Source of the DNA: Opitutia bacterium
GTDB taxonomy: Bacteria > Verrucomicrobiota > Verrucomicrobiia > Opitutales > T3Sed10-336
NCBI GenBank assembly: GCA_003558065.1
Contig: PWMU01000171.1
Coordinates: 277 to 64,276, forward strand
Direction of reading: 5' to 3'
Length of the DNA: 64,000 bases
Below, one piece after another: positions 28,096 through 37,598 of this stretch. The notes beneath the pieces were generated by a model. The model worked only from the letters and a program-made list of their open reading frames with translations, was not told the origin of the DNA and searched no databases. Made by a program: the position numbers and the translations under genes. Each line of letters begins with the position of its first letter. Positions within the stretch are counted from its first letter, which is position 1.

Positions 28096-28533
28096 ATGAA
28101 CGAAGTTTACCGCAAGATTCCACACCGTCCTCCTTTTCTCTTCGTCGATGAGATCATCGAACGGAACGAAGATTCGATCACCACCCGGCGGGTTCTGCGC
28201 GAAGACGAAGCGCATTTCGAGGGACATTACCCCGGAAATCCCATCATGCCGGGCGTTCTCCTGTGCGAAGCGGTGTTCCAGGCCGGCGCCATTCTCCTGG
28301 CCAATCACGCCGGGGGCGAGCCGGGTGACCGGACTCCCGTGCTGACGCGCATCAGGGACGCCCGTTTCAAGAACATCGCCCGTCCGGGCGACGAGCTGAC
28401 TATTCGAGCAACCCTGATGGAAACCCTCGGTCAGTTCCGGTTTCTGCGCGGCAGCATCACCGCCGGGGACAGGAAAATCATGACCGTGGAATTCGGCCTT
28501 GCCTTGATTGAAGAGAATCGGTCCTCCTCATGA
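28096..28533 (+). CDS. FabZ-like 3-hydroxyacyl-ACP dehydratase (hotdog fold)
   Basis: [13 protein letters not shown]...[23 protein letters not shown] contains the catalytic His and the FabA/FabZ signature. Confidence 0.85.
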   Translation: MNEVYRKIPHRPPFLFVDEIIERNEDSITTRRVLREDEAHFEGHYPGNPIMPGVLLCEAVFQAGAILLANHAGGEPGDRTPVLTRIRDARFKNIARPGDELTIRATLMETLGQFRFLRGSITAGDRKIMTVEFGLALIEENRSSS

Positions 28534-29333
28534 GTTTCCTCAACCTCGAAAACAAGAACATCCTCGTGTTCGGCGTCGCGAATCGCAAGAGCGTCGCTTA
28601 TCAGACCGGGAAAATCCTGGAAGAGCAGGGCGCCCGGGTCATTTACAGCGTGCGTTCGCCGGAGCGGCGCGAGCAGGTGCGCAAGTTGCTCGGTGAGGCG
28701 CCCGTGTATGTTTGCGACGTCGAGCGGGAGGAGGAGATCCGTCACTTGGCCGCGGCGGTGGCGAACGATCACGGCTCCCTTCACGGAATCGTCCATTCCA
28801 TCGCCTTCGCCAATTACAGCGAGGGATTCAAGCCGTTCCACGAGACTCAACGTGAAGACTTCCTGCAGGCAACGGCCATTTCCTGTTTCTCTCTGGTGGA
28901 GATCGCCCGCGCGTTCAAACCCTGCCTCGACCCGAAAGCGTCGGTTGTCGCGGTGAGCATCTCCTCCCACCTGGTCACCGCGGCGAATTACGGTTATATG
29001 TCACCGATCAAATCCGCCCTGGACGGAACGGTCCGCAACCTCGCCAAGTCGTTCAGCGCGGATACGGAAGTGCGGTTCAATACCGTCAACGCCGGACTGC
29101 TCAAAACGAGCGCCTCGGCCGGCATTCCCGGTTACATCGAAAGCTATCTTTACGGCGAAAAAATGACCTTCCGGAAGCGGGCGCTGGCCACCCGGGAAGT
29201 CGCCGATGCCATCCTGTTTCTGCTGAGCGAGCGATCCAGCGGGATGAACGGGACCGGCATGGTTATTGACGCGGGACTGGGGTGCAACTACTTCGACCAG
29301 GAACTGATCGACCTGGCGATGAAGCGGGCGTGA
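28530..29333 (+). CDS. FabI-like enoyl-ACP reductase (SDR)
   Basis: It aligns with FabI by eye: [15 protein letters not shown] (compare VTGVASKLSIAY) and the Y-x6-K motif in [12 protein letters not shown]. Its ATG overlaps the FabZ-like stop (ATGA). Confidence 0.8.
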   Translation: MSFLNLENKNILVFGVANRKSVAYQTGKILEEQGARVIYSVRSPERREQVRKLLGEAPVYVCDVEREEEIRHLAAAVANDHGSLHGIVHSIAFANYSEGFKPFHETQREDFLQATAISCFSLVEIARAFKPCLDPKASVVAVSISSHLVTAANYGYMSPIKSALDGTVRNLAKSFSADTEVRFNTVNAGLLKTSASAGIPGYIESYLYGEKMTFRKRALATREVADAILFLLSERSSGMNGTGMVIDAGLGCNYFDQELIDLAMKRA

Positions 29334-29348
29334 TCGGGGGATTATTGG

Positions 29349-30395
29349 ATGAAGTTTGCCCACACGGTGCTTGAAACGCTGGCCTACGATCTTCCATCCA
29401 CCAGGTGGACTTCGGACGAGATCGAGGAGCGGCTGAAGCCTCTCTACGAGCGGCTGAAACTCCCGGCGGGGAGGCTGGAACTGATGACGGGGATCCGGGA
29501 GAGGCGTATTTGGGATTCGGGCACGCTGCCATCCGAGGCAAGCATCCTGGCCGGCAGGAAGGCGCTCGCCGCTTCAAAGATTCCCAGGGAGAAGATCGAT
29601 GTCGTGATCCACGCCGCGGTGTGCCGGGACCGCCTCGAGCCGGCGACGGCGGCCTACGTGCACGGGGCCCTGGAACTGTCGCCTCACACGCAGTTTTTCG
29701 ATGTCTCGAACGCGTGCCTGGGATTCCTCAACGCCGTAACGCTTGCCGGGGCCCTGATCGACTCCGGGCAAATCCGCAGCGCGTTGATCGTGGCCGGTGA
29801 AAACGGCCGGCCCCTTCTTGAGAACACCCTCAAACGCCTGCTCGACCCGGGACTGACGCGGAACGACATCAAACCCTATTTCGCCAATCTCACGATCGGC
29901 TGCGGAGCCGTGGCCGGGGTGGTGTGTCACGCCGGTCTGACCTCTTCGGGTTCCCGGTTCATAGGCGGGGCGTCGGTGACGGATACCGGGCAGAATCGTT
30001 TGTGCGAAGGCGACTCCGCCGCCGGCGGCGATGAACTCGAGATGCAGACCAACAGCGAAGAGCTGCTGGTTGCCGGTGTCGCCCTGGCGCGGAAAACCTG
30101 GATCGAGTTCAAACGGGAAACCGGGTGGGACGAGACGACCCCCGGGCGGATTGTCTGCCACCAGGTCGGCTCCGCCCATCGCCGCAAACTCTACGAATGC
30201 CTCGGGCTTTCCCTGGAAAAGGATTTCTCGACGTTCGCCACTCTCGGCAACATCGGTTCGGTGTCACTGCCGATCACGCTGGCACGGGCCGTCGAGGCGG
30301 GGGCGGTGCGCGGCGGCGACCGTGTTGCGCTGCTCGGTATCGGGAGCGGCATCAGCTCGATGATGCTGGCCATGGAATGGGGCGAAAATCAATGA
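29349..30395 (+). CDS. oleA: OleA-type thiolase (KAS III-fold head-to-head Claisen condensing enzyme)
   Basis: 348 aa. It is collinear with my recollection of Xanthomonas OleA: LAYDLPSTRWTSDEIEERLKPLYERLKLP, RERRIW, CRDRLEPATAAYV (Glu), FDVSNACLGF (Cys), LTIGCGA, CHQVGSAH (His), GNIGSVSLP (Asn), and the LLGIGSG...MEW end. Confidence 0.7.
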   Translation: MKFAHTVLETLAYDLPSTRWTSDEIEERLKPLYERLKLPAGRLELMTGIRERRIWDSGTLPSEASILAGRKALAASKIPREKIDVVIHAAVCRDRLEPATAAYVHGALELSPHTQFFDVSNACLGFLNAVTLAGALIDSGQIRSALIVAGENGRPLLENTLKRLLDPGLTRNDIKPYFANLTIGCGAVAGVVCHAGLTSSGSRFIGGASVTDTGQNRLCEGDSAAGGDELEMQTNSEELLVAGVALARKTWIEFKRETGWDETTPGRIVCHQVGSAHRRKLYECLGLSLEKDFSTFATLGNIGSVSLPITLARAVEAGAVRGGDRVALLGIGSGISSMMLAMEWGENQ

Positions 30396-31327
30396 TCACG
30401 GAATCCGAAAACGACGGCAACCGGGCCGAGTCGGCAGGTGACGGGGATGATCCCTTCTCGTGGGGGTCGTGGCGCGCCCTGTATCCCTTTAGAAGCCATT
30501 ACCTCACCGTCGGACAGGGGGCGCGGATGCACTACGTCGACGAAGGCGAGGGGGATCCGGTCTTGATGGTCCACGGAAATCCAACCTGGTCGTTTTATTA
30601 CCGCAGGCTGATCCTCGGGCTGCGCCGGAGGCACCGGTGCGTGGCGCCCGATCACATCGGCTGCGGCCTGTCCGACAAGCCCGGTGATTATACCTACCGC
30701 CTGCACCGGCACGTGGAGAATCTGGAGAAACTGGTGACCGGACTGGACCTGAAGAACCTCACCTTGGTGCTTCACGACTGGGGGGGCGCCGTCGGGATGG
30801 CCATGGCTCAGCGGCATCCGGAGCGGATCCGGCGTATCGTCCTCTTGAATACCGCTGCCTTTCCCTCCCCGCGCATTCCGTTTCGGATCGCCGTTTGCCG
30901 GACGCCTGTATTGGGCGCGGTGGCCGTCCGGTTCTTTAACGCCTTTGTCCGGGCCGCGCTCCGCATGGCGGTGGTCCATCGGGATCGAATGACTCCCAAT
31001 ACCGTGAGCGGCTACCTGCACCCCTACGACAGCTGGAGAAACCGGATTGCCGTCCTGCGATTCGTGCAGGACATTCCCATGAAGCCGGAGCACCCGAGTT
31101 ACGCGCTTCTGGCAAGGACCGGTGAAAACCTCGGGATCTTCCGGGACCGCCCCATGCTGATCTACTGGGGTGCCCGGGATTTCTGTTTCGATGACAGTTT
31201 CCTCCGCAAATGGCGCGAGCTGTTTCCTGAAGCCGAAATCCGCCGTATTGCGGACGCCGGCCATTACGTGCTCGAAGACGCGCACGAGGAAATCATTCCG
31301 GCGGTGCAGCGTTTTCTGGAAACTTGA
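30392..31327 (+). CDS. oleB: OleB-type alpha/beta hydrolase (haloalkane-dehalogenase-like; beta-lactone decarboxylase family)
   Basis: The ATG overlaps the OleA stop (ATGA). Motifs are HYVDEGEGDPVLMVHGNPTWSFYYR, PDHIGCGLSDKP, the nucleophile elbow LVLHDWGG, and the C-terminal DAGHYVLED. Confidence 0.7.
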   Translation: MITESENDGNRAESAGDGDDPFSWGSWRALYPFRSHYLTVGQGARMHYVDEGEGDPVLMVHGNPTWSFYYRRLILGLRRRHRCVAPDHIGCGLSDKPGDYTYRLHRHVENLEKLVTGLDLKNLTLVLHDWGGAVGMAMAQRHPERIRRIVLLNTAAFPSPRIPFRIAVCRTPVLGAVAVRFFNAFVRAALRMAVVHRDRMTPNTVSGYLHPYDSWRNRIAVLRFVQDIPMKPEHPSYALLARTGENLGIFRDRPMLIYWGARDFCFDDSFLRKWRELFPEAEIRRIADAGHYVLEDAHEEIIPAVQRFLET

Positions 31328-31344
31328 GTGAACAGGAAAACCTT

Positions 31345-32205
31345 ATGAGATCCCCAAAAGAAAAGCGCATGATCGCCCTCCTTTCCGGGCCCGACCGCCG
31401 CGGCATCGTGGCCCACCTCTCAGGGTGGATCTATGAGCGCGGAGGAAACATCATTCACGCCGATCAGCACCGGGACCATGAGGAAGGGGTCTTTTTTCAG
31501 CGAATTGAATGGGACAGTGCTTCGGATGACCTGCCCGCTGAAGCGTCGGAGTTCCGGGATTACGCGGACGGATTGGGGATGGAGACATTCGTGGCCCTGC
31601 CCGGCCACGTGCCCACCCTGGCGATTCTGGTGTCCCGGTTTCCGCATTGTTTTCACGATCTGGTCCTGAGGTGGAAGAGCGGGGAGTTCGCCTGCCGCAT
31701 TGCCTGCGTGATTTCCAATCATGAGGTGGTTCGGCGCGATTGCGAGAACTATGGTTTGCCGTTCCATCACATTCCGGTTTCGCGGGAAACGAAGGCTGAG
31801 GCGGAGTCGCGCCAGGTCGATTTGCTGCGCGAGCAGGGCGTGGACTTTGTGGTCCTCGCCCGCTACATGCAGGTCCTTTCCGCGGACTTTCTGGAGCGGC
31901 TGGGTTGTCAGGTCATCAATATTCACCATTCGTTTCTCCCCGCGTTCGTGGGAGGCCGGCCGTATCACCAGGCGCACGCCCGGGGCGTCAAGCTGGTCGG
32001 GGCCACCGCGCACTATGCGACGGCCGTTCTCGACGACGGACCGATCATCCATCAGGATGTGGTGCGGGTCTCCCATAGGCATAATGTGGCTTCGCTTATC
32101 CGGAAAGGGCGGGACCTGGAGAAAATTGTGCTCTCCCAGGCCGTCGCCTGGCAGCTCGAGCACCGAATTCTTGTCTACGGCCGGAAAACCGTGGTTTTTG
32201 ATTAG
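31345..32205 (+). CDS. purU: Formyltetrahydrofolate deformylase
   Basis: The N-terminal ACT domain (IALLSGPDRRGIVAHLSGWIYERGGNI) is followed by a formyl-transferase core (NIHHSFLPAFVGGRPYHQA). The ORF track starts at TTG 31324, and the first ATG is at 31345. Confidence 0.9.
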   Translation: MRSPKEKRMIALLSGPDRRGIVAHLSGWIYERGGNIIHADQHRDHEEGVFFQRIEWDSASDDLPAEASEFRDYADGLGMETFVALPGHVPTLAILVSRFPHCFHDLVLRWKSGEFACRIACVISNHEVVRRDCENYGLPFHHIPVSRETKAEAESRQVDLLREQGVDFVVLARYMQVLSADFLERLGCQVINIHHSFLPAFVGGRPYHQAHARGVKLVGATAHYATAVLDDGPIIHQDVVRVSHRHNVASLIRKGRDLEKIVLSQAVAWQLEHRILVYGRKTVVFD

Positions 32206-32253
32206 GCACAAGAATCTTCGAAGGAGAAGGCGAACAACCGGGCGGCAGTAGCG

Positions 32254-32291
32254 GCCTGTCGGACTTAGGCGGCAGCGCAAGTCCGACAGGC
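32254..32291 (+). terminator. Strong hairpin downstream of purU (putative terminator, no U-tract)
   Basis: A 13-bp perfect stem: GCCTGTCGGACTT-aggcggcagcgc-AAGTCCGACAGGC. Confidence 0.4.
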
Positions 32292-32369
32292 TGCCAGTAA
32301 TAGGTTGACTCCATTCGGAAAGATCCCGTTTATTGGCGGCTTACCCGGATCAAAGCCGCCGTATTTTCC

Positions 32370-33044
32370 ATGAAGAAGAAGAAAACAGCTGAACCTGACA
32401 AGCAGATCGAAGCCGACGAGCGTAATATCGTCGCGGTGGACGAAGCTTACAAAGAGGCCGGTTTCGAGGACCGGATGTACCTTTTCTGGGAGAAGTACAG
32501 CACCGTCATCATCGCCCTGATCGCCGCGACCTTTGTCGGGATCATTCTCTACTTTACCATGCTGTTTCTGGCGGAGCGCAGAGAGGCCGCGATCCAGGCC
32601 GAGTATGCCGCGGCCGAAACCACGGAACAGAAAGAGACGTTTGCCCGTGATCATTCCGGTCACCGTCTCGCGGGTGCGGCCGCCCTTGACATTGCGGACC
32701 TGCGTTACAATGAGGAAGACTACGAGCAGGCGGCCGAGTGGTACGGCCTGGCGCTGGAGAGCCTGGACGGGCACCCGCTTTACGGGAGGGCCGGGCTCGG
32801 TAAATCGGTTTCCTATATCCTGCTCGGCCGGACGGAGGATGCCGGGCGCGTGTTGAGCGATCTCGCCGACAATGAGGAGGTTCTCCTCGCCGTCAGAATG
32901 GAGGCGAAGTACACGCTCGCATCACTCGCCTTTGAGGCGGGCGACTACGATCGTGTCCGCAGTCTGGCCGAAAGCATCGAGGGCGAGGATATGATGGGGA
33001 TCTGGAGCGGCCGCGCCCGGAGATTGGTCGACGACATTCCCTGA
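32370..33044 (+). CDS. Membrane-anchored TPR-like protein (YfgM-like)
   Basis: 224 aa with a lysine-rich N-terminus, a single TM helix (VIIALIAATFVGIILYFTMLFL) and TPR-like helices (YEQAAEWYGLALES...). Confidence 0.6.
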   Translation: MKKKKTAEPDKQIEADERNIVAVDEAYKEAGFEDRMYLFWEKYSTVIIALIAATFVGIILYFTMLFLAERREAAIQAEYAAAETTEQKETFARDHSGHRLAGAAALDIADLRYNEEDYEQAAEWYGLALESLDGHPLYGRAGLGKSVSYILLGRTEDAGRVLSDLADNEEVLLAVRMEAKYTLASLAFEAGDYDRVRSLAESIEGEDMMGIWSGRARRLVDDIP

Positions 33045-33111
33045 TGCTTCGGGGCGTCCCGGCCCCGCGGACAGGGACAAGGGGCTGGGTCGACGCCGTT
33101 CGGCACGCGAG

Positions 33112-34245
33112 TCAGAACGGCAGCTTCAGGCGTTTCGCCGAAATTCCGTGTTCGGCGAGTTTTTCGTCGAGGCGGCCCGTGTCAAGAATTCCCGCTAATC
33201 GCCCGCCCTGGAATACCGGGAAGATCTTCCGCTTGTTACGTGCGAGCATTTCGTAGAAAAGGTCCAGCGGCCATTCCGCCTGGAGGATGGATATATTCCG
33301 TTCGCAATGCCGGCCGACGGGATCGGTGTGCAGGAATTGTTCCTCGGTGAGGATGTCGGCCTGCTGGCGTGTCAACATGCCGAAAAGGGAACCTTTCTCG
33401 ACGAGCAAGAGCACGCGCGAACCTTCCTCATTCAGCAACCGCAGGCCTTCCCCGACGGGGATGTCCGGCCGGACGGTTGAAAAGTCGGAGTCAAGGAGGT
33501 GTCCCACATGAAGGTCCTTGAGGGTTTCCTTTCGTTCGACCATCCGGTACTCGAGATTGCCCGCGATGAAGATAAAGGCGAACAGGAGGGCCGGAAGAAT
33601 CGCGATCTGGTATCCCAGCAGAGGCAAGCCGACCAGCGCCAGGGCTATGCCGGCCGAGGCCAGGATTTTCGAGACAATGGCGGCGGTTCCCGTCGCCTTC
33701 AGGTAGGAGAGGCGGTAGGTCAGGAACGCCCGGAACATGCGGCCCCCGTCCATGGGGAAGATGGGCAGGAGGTTGAACATGCCCATCACCAGATTGACAA
33801 TCAGGAGGGCCTGGAAAAAGGTCTGCGTGTTGACCAGGGGGAAATATCCGCCCAGGGAAAGGGCGAGAAACTCCCTCGGAATCCCGCCCAGGGCGAAGAG
33901 CGGCACCGCGAGGGCGAAGTTGACCAGGGGGCCGGCCAGGGCGATGATCACTTCCTTTCTCGCCTCGCGCGGAACGCTTTGGAACTGTGCCATTCCGCCG
34001 ATCGGCAGCAGGAGAATACGAATGACTTCAATGCCGTACCGCTGGGCGACCAGACTGTGGCCGAGCTCGTGGAGAACGACGCACCCGAACACAGCCAGGA
34101 TGAACAGGACGGACCAGAACATGGCGCCCACTCCGTCCAGCGCCCAGCCCGTCCAGGCAAAAAGCCCCACCAGAATCAAAAAAGTAGCGTGCACCTCCAA
34201 CCGGATCCCGAACACAGAGAACAAGTTAATTGACCAGTACCGCAT
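33112..34245 (-). CDS. M50 site-2 protease family metalloprotease with a C-terminal CBS pair
   Basis: The HExxH motif is in VLHELGHSLVAQRYG, and the second motif is FNLLPIFPMDGGR. The C-terminal part is CBS-like. Confidence 0.85.
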   Translation of the reverse strand: MRYWSINLFSVFGIRLEVHATFLILVGLFAWTGWALDGVGAMFWSVLFILAVFGCVVLHELGHSLVAQRYGIEVIRILLLPIGGMAQFQSVPREARKEVIIALAGPLVNFALAVPLFALGGIPREFLALSLGGYFPLVNTQTFFQALLIVNLVMGMFNLLPIFPMDGGRMFRAFLTYRLSYLKATGTAAIVSKILASAGIALALVGLPLLGYQIAILPALLFAFIFIAGNLEYRMVERKETLKDLHVGHLLDSDFSTVRPDIPVGEGLRLLNEEGSRVLLLVEKGSLFGMLTRQQADILTEEQFLHTDPVGRHCERNISILQAEWPLDLFYEMLARNKRKIFPVFQGGRLAGILDTGRLDEKLAEHGISAKRLKLPF

Positions 34246-34299
34246 GGACGCTTAGGAAGGGTGATTCATCCTTGTGTGGCTTTTGAGGTCGGACCCGGT

Positions 34300-34327
34300 T
34301 TGACCCATGAGCCGATGATTTGATAAT
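34300..34327 (+). promoter_or_regulatory. Candidate sigma70-type promoter for the NtrC-like gene
   Basis: TTGACC (34300-34305), a 16-nt spacer, then GATAAT (34322-34327). The -10 element ends 7 nt before the ATG at 34335, which would imply a leaderless or near-leaderless mRNA. Confidence 0.3.
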
Positions 34328-34334
34328 CCAGTAA

Positions 34335-35888
34335 ATGACAACCTCGAGCAAAAGTCCAACCATTCTGGTCGTCGACGACGACCAGGAGATCCGCTATTCG
34401 ATGGAGCGGGTTTTTTCGTCCCGGAACTACCGCCTGTTGACGGCGGCCAGCGGCGAGGAAGGTATCGAGATCGTGCGCCGTGAATCGCCGGATGTGGTTT
34501 TTCTGGATATCCGCATGGGGGGAATCAGCGGTTTGGAAACGCTGCAGCACCTGAGGTCCATCGATCCGAATCCGATGATTATTCTGATGACGGCCTATGG
34601 AACCACCCAGACGGCGATCGAGGCGATGAAATTCGGAGCCTTCGATTACCTGATGAAACCCTTCGATATGAAGAAGGTGATCCGGTTGACGGAGGGGGCG
34701 CTCAAGTCCCGTGAGGATCTCCGCAGGATCGGGGATTACCGGCCTGTCATCAACAGCGAGGACTATCGGGAAGGCATTGTGGGCCGGTCGGAGGCGATGC
34801 AGGAGGTTTTCAAGATGATCGGCCAGGTGGCTGCCAGCGACGCGACGATTCTGATAACCGGCGAAAGCGGCACAGGGAAGGAACTGGTATCGCGGTGTAT
34901 TTACCAGCACAGTCAGCGGCACAAGAAACCGTTTTTTGCGGTGAATTGCGCGGCGCTGCCGGATAACCTGATCGAGAGCGAGCTTTTCGGTCATGAAAAA
35001 GGGGCGTTCACCGGCGCCACCGGCCAGCGGGCCGGAAAATTCGAACTCTGTGACGGGGGAACAATTTTTCTCGATGAAATCGGGGACATGAGTCTGCCGA
35101 CCCAGACGAAGATTCTCAGGGTGATTCAGGACGGCGAGATCCAGCGGGTCGGGGGGTCGGAGACGATCAGGACCGATGTGAGGATGATCGCGGCGACCAA
35201 CCGGAATCTCGAAGCGATGGTGCGGGAGAAGACTTTCCGCGAGGACCTTTATTATCGCTTGAATGTGGTGAGAATCCGCCTCCCTTCGCTTCGCGAGCGC
35301 CGGGAGGATATTCCGGAACTGATCGATTACTGTCTTCAGAAACTGCAGAAGAAGCACAAGTCGCGTGTTCGAACCGTTTCTCCGGAAACACGCGCCGCCT
35401 TGATGCGGTACGAGTGGCCGGGGAACGTTCGGGAACTGGAGAACGTGATCTATCGGAGCGCCGTGCTTGCCCAGGGGGACGCGATTCTAGTGAAGGATCT
35501 GCCCGAGGAAATCCGGGCGGCCGGGGAGGGAGGAGCGATCCCGGAAGAGGCGGGAGCGTCCGGGGAGGGTCCCGCAAAGGCTCCGGTTTCGGTCGAAGAT
35601 CCCGGAAAGGCCGCGGCGGGGGCGGCCGGGTCTGTGCCGGAGAGTCATTCAGGGGAGTCCTTGTCGCCGGCCGAACCCGAGAACATGGACGTGACGTTCA
35701 CTGCTCTCTACGAGCGAATGCGGGAGGAGTCTCATGAATCGATTCTCGAAACGCTGGAGCGCGAGATGATTTTGCGGGCACTCCGTGAGACCCGCGGCAA
35801 CCAGGTCAAGGCCTCGGCCATTCTTGGGATCACCCGCGCCACCCTCCGCAAGCGGATCGAGCGGTTTTCATTGAAGGATCAATTGTGA
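34335..35888 (+). CDS. Sigma54-dependent response regulator (NtrC/AtoC family enhancer-binding protein)
   Basis: It has a receiver domain (ILVVDDD...DVVFLDIRM), an AAA+ sigma54-interaction domain ([29 protein letters not shown]) and a Fis-type HTH ([21 protein letters not shown]). Confidence 0.9.
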   Translation: MTTSSKSPTILVVDDDQEIRYSMERVFSSRNYRLLTAASGEEGIEIVRRESPDVVFLDIRMGGISGLETLQHLRSIDPNPMIILMTAYGTTQTAIEAMKFGAFDYLMKPFDMKKVIRLTEGALKSREDLRRIGDYRPVINSEDYREGIVGRSEAMQEVFKMIGQVAASDATILITGESGTGKELVSRCIYQHSQRHKKPFFAVNCAALPDNLIESELFGHEKGAFTGATGQRAGKFELCDGGTIFLDEIGDMSLPTQTKILRVIQDGEIQRVGGSETIRTDVRMIAATNRNLEAMVREKTFREDLYYRLNVVRIRLPSLRERREDIPELIDYCLQKLQKKHKSRVRTVSPETRAALMRYEWPGNVRELENVIYRSAVLAQGDAILVKDLPEEIRAAGEGGAIPEEAGASGEGPAKAPVSVEDPGKAAAGAAGSVPESHSGESLSPAEPENMDVTFTALYERMREESHESILETLEREMILRALRETRGNQVKASAILGITRATLRKRIERFSLKDQL

Positions 35889-36022
35889 TCGCGTCGGGAG
35901 CGTGCCGTTCCTGTGACTCCGGAGCGGTGCCCGCATTGAGCGGCTCCCGCGGGCATTCGGGGCGGCGATCCGCCAAAATCGTGCTTTCCCTTGGACCCTG
36001 GATTGTGCTAGTCCTGTACGGC

Positions 36023-37561
36023 ATGAGCCGTTTTTCCCTTGTTGCCGTCCGTCTCACTGTAGGGATTTCCTTTTTCTATACGGCCTGGCTTCCCTTGTCC
36101 CACGCGACGCTGCCCTCGGGAGCCGAGATTATTGAGGGGTCGGCCGGTCTGTTCGAAATGAGAGCCAGCTACCTGGTCGAGCAGGAGAGCGACCGGGTGG
36201 TGATCGAGTGGGAGGATTTTTCGATCGGCGAGGGCAGGCGGGTGACATTCGATCAGCCCGGGGCGGCCGCGGCGGCACTGAACCGTGTGGTCGGGGGAGA
36301 TCCGACGGAGATCCACGGGGAACTGAACGCGAACGGCAAGGTGTACCTCATCAATCCGAACGGCGTTCTCGTCGGATCGAGTGGGGTGATCCATGCCGGC
36401 TCGTTCATCGCCTCGACGCTCGACGTCGACAATGACGGTTTTATGGGCGGGGGCGACCTGGAGTTTGCCGTTGCGGACGACGACCTGCGAAGTGCGGTTC
36501 GGAACTTCGGGGAGATTCAGGCGCTCGGCGGGGATGTTTTTCTCTTTGCGCAACGGGTGGAGAACCGGGGGCGCCTGGAGGCTCGTTCGGGAACCGCCGG
36601 ATTGGCGGCGGCGGGCCGCCTGCTCCTGAAGAGTTCCGGTGACCGGCGTATCGCGGTGCTGGCGCCGCCCGGGGCCGAGGCAGGCGAAGACGAGGAAGCC
36701 TCCGTCTGGAATACCGGCCAGATTCGCGCCGCCTCCGTCGAGCTTAAGGCGGCGCGGGGCAATCACTACGCGCTGGCGATCAATAACGAAGGAGTGGTGC
36801 GCGCCGACACGGTTGAAGAGGACGGCGGCCGGATTTTCCTCAGGGCGGGTTCGGGCGACGTCTCCCACACCGGCCAACTCGATGCTTCGGGCAACCGTGG
36901 CGGCCGGGTGGAAGTCGAGGGCGACAACGTGGAGGTTGCGGATGGCGGCGGTATTGACACTTCCGGCGGCGGAACCGAGGCGAGCGGTTGGATCGACGTG
37001 CGCGGCGGGAACCTGCTGTTGAACGGAACGATCACCGGGCAGGGGAGGATGCGGTATTTTGCCGGGCAGGACATTGAGATCGGGCCCGCGGGAGTGATCG
37101 ACAATTCGGGAAGTGTGGAGGCGACCCTCTTTGTCGTCGATCATGCCAATCCGGATCGTCCCGGCGTGGGTTCGGGGGTGTTCGTCAACCTGGGCGTCCT
37201 GACTCCGGGTAACGCACTGGGCATTTTTACGGCCGGCCCGCGGGATATTCGGCCGCGCAACGTCGAGGGAATCGTCGATGAAGTCGTGTTCGACACCTGG
37301 TTCGGGGAACCCGGCGAGATCGTGGGGAATCGTCTCTTTTTCAAGTCCGGGCCGCCCCTGCCCGACCCCTCCTGGAGCCCCGCGTTCGATCTGTACGATC
37401 GTTTGGCCGCTCTTTACGACTGGCCCGTGATCCCGGTGTCCGCCGCCGTGTTTTATTATGAAGAGGATCCCGAACGCCGGGAATTTGCTCCGGAACTCAC
37501 GGAGCCCGGGCGCCTGAGTGAAACCGGTCTCAGCAGCAGCGGGGCATTCAGGAGGAACTGA
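36023..37561 (+). CDS. Short TpsA-like exoprotein with a hemagglutination-activity (TPS) domain
   Basis: TPS hallmarks are IEWEDFSIGEG..VTFDQP, ALNRVVGGDPTEIHGELNANGKVYLINPNGVLVG, followed by beta-helical G-rich coils. Start chosen at the signal peptide MSRFSLVAVRLTVGISFFYTAWLPLSHA. An alternative GTG at 35885 overlaps the regulator stop. Confidence 0.8.
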   Translation: MSRFSLVAVRLTVGISFFYTAWLPLSHATLPSGAEIIEGSAGLFEMRASYLVEQESDRVVIEWEDFSIGEGRRVTFDQPGAAAAALNRVVGGDPTEIHGELNANGKVYLINPNGVLVGSSGVIHAGSFIASTLDVDNDGFMGGGDLEFAVADDDLRSAVRNFGEIQALGGDVFLFAQRVENRGRLEARSGTAGLAAAGRLLLKSSGDRRIAVLAPPGAEAGEDEEASVWNTGQIRAASVELKAARGNHYALAINNEGVVRADTVEEDGGRIFLRAGSGDVSHTGQLDASGNRGGRVEVEGDNVEVADGGGIDTSGGGTEASGWIDVRGGNLLLNGTITGQGRMRYFAGQDIEIGPAGVIDNSGSVEATLFVVDHANPDRPGVGSGVFVNLGVLTPGNALGIFTAGPRDIRPRNVEGIVDEVVFDTWFGEPGEIVGNRLFFKSGPPLPDPSWSPAFDLYDRLAALYDWPVIPVSAAVFYYEEDPERREFAPELTEPGRLSETGLSSSGAFRRN

Positions 37562-37598
37562 TCCTGTAATTCTTCTTATGTCACCAGGGCAATAAACT

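Noticed and set aside
35990-36010. Sigma54-like TGGACCCTGGATTGTG upstream of the tpsA ATG at 36023
   Set aside because: It matches only 4 of 6 positions at -24 and lacks the GC at -12. It would also leave almost no 5' UTR. This is too weak to call.
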